From Phycisphaerae bacterium (GTDB lineage Bacteria > Planctomycetota > Phycisphaerae > UBA1845 > PWPN01): 64,000 nt of DNA. The notes below the pieces were generated by a model. That model was not told the origin of the DNA. It did no database searches and saw nothing but the letters and a program-made list of their open reading frames with translations. The stretch covers positions 9,148 through 73,147 of the forward strand of contig DAOOIV010000006.1 of NCBI GenBank assembly GCA_035384605.1, in the 5' to 3' direction. The translations under genes and the position numbers were made by a program. Below are positions 63,863 through 64,000 of this stretch, in pieces. Each line of letters starts with the position of its first letter. The first letter of the stretch is position 1.

Positions 63863-64000
63863 GTGTCGCGCTCTGCCTCATTCATTCGGATCGCCATACT
63901 CTCATCCGTCGTGCCGGCATGCCTGGTCGGATGCCTGCCACTTGATTTCAGCGGCTGGGGAGATCAAGTTCTGTCATTCCCCGCACCACAACCGCTTTCC
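63863..64000 (+). CDS. 5' end of a lipoprotein gene that runs off the window
   Basis: GTG at 63863 follows AAGGGGGGA. The frame is open to the window end and translates as VSRSASFIRIAILSSVVPACLVGCLPLDFSG (signal plus lipobox LVGC). Confidence 0.45.
   Translation, partial: MSRSASFIRIAILSSVVPACLVGCLPLDFSGWGDQVLSFPAPQPLS

Overview
GC-rich bacterial chromosomal window. The gene content suggests Planctomycetota, possibly Phycisphaerae: Tat-signal Gfo/Idh/MocA enzymes, DUF4838, GH116, GH127-like, LamG plus dockerin-like proteins and a giant PQQ-propeller protein. This taxonomic call is inference only. About 50 protein genes are supported. Housekeeping genes are asnS, panD, pyrD, hemD, argJ, accD, pckG, ggt and an HU gene. 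Signalling genes are a REC-GAF-HD-GYP regulator, a FixL/FixJ-like pair and a lone Hpt protein. Envelope and transport genes are MgtC, an AI-2E transporter, a CPC P-type ATPase, motAB and LolA/LolB-like lipoproteins. There are two glycan-degradation islands, at about 13.7-24.7 kb and 55.3-62.3 kb. I saw no rRNA, tRNA, CRISPR array, prophage, transposase or recognisable defence genes. I could not identify a clear multi-gene novel system. The best-supported unannotated structure is non-coding. It comprises a TIR element family with perfect 9-bp target-site duplications (two copies, one carrying a nested insertion, plus a remnant), a second ~94-bp intergenic repeat family (three good copies and one degenerate), and degenerate heptanucleotide-period arrays at five intergenic sites. 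Other points worth a second look:
- a 21-aa poly-Lys/Ala micro-ORF with its own promoter, SD and hairpin
- a small ORF upstream of the histidine kinase with a hexapeptide repeat encoded by different codons
- a Gfo/Idh/MocA gene split at a C6 homopolymer
- a ~70-aa coiled-coil insertion in AsnRS
- a tightly coupled three-gene operon of unknown envelope proteins
All family calls come from motif recognition by eye. No database search was run.
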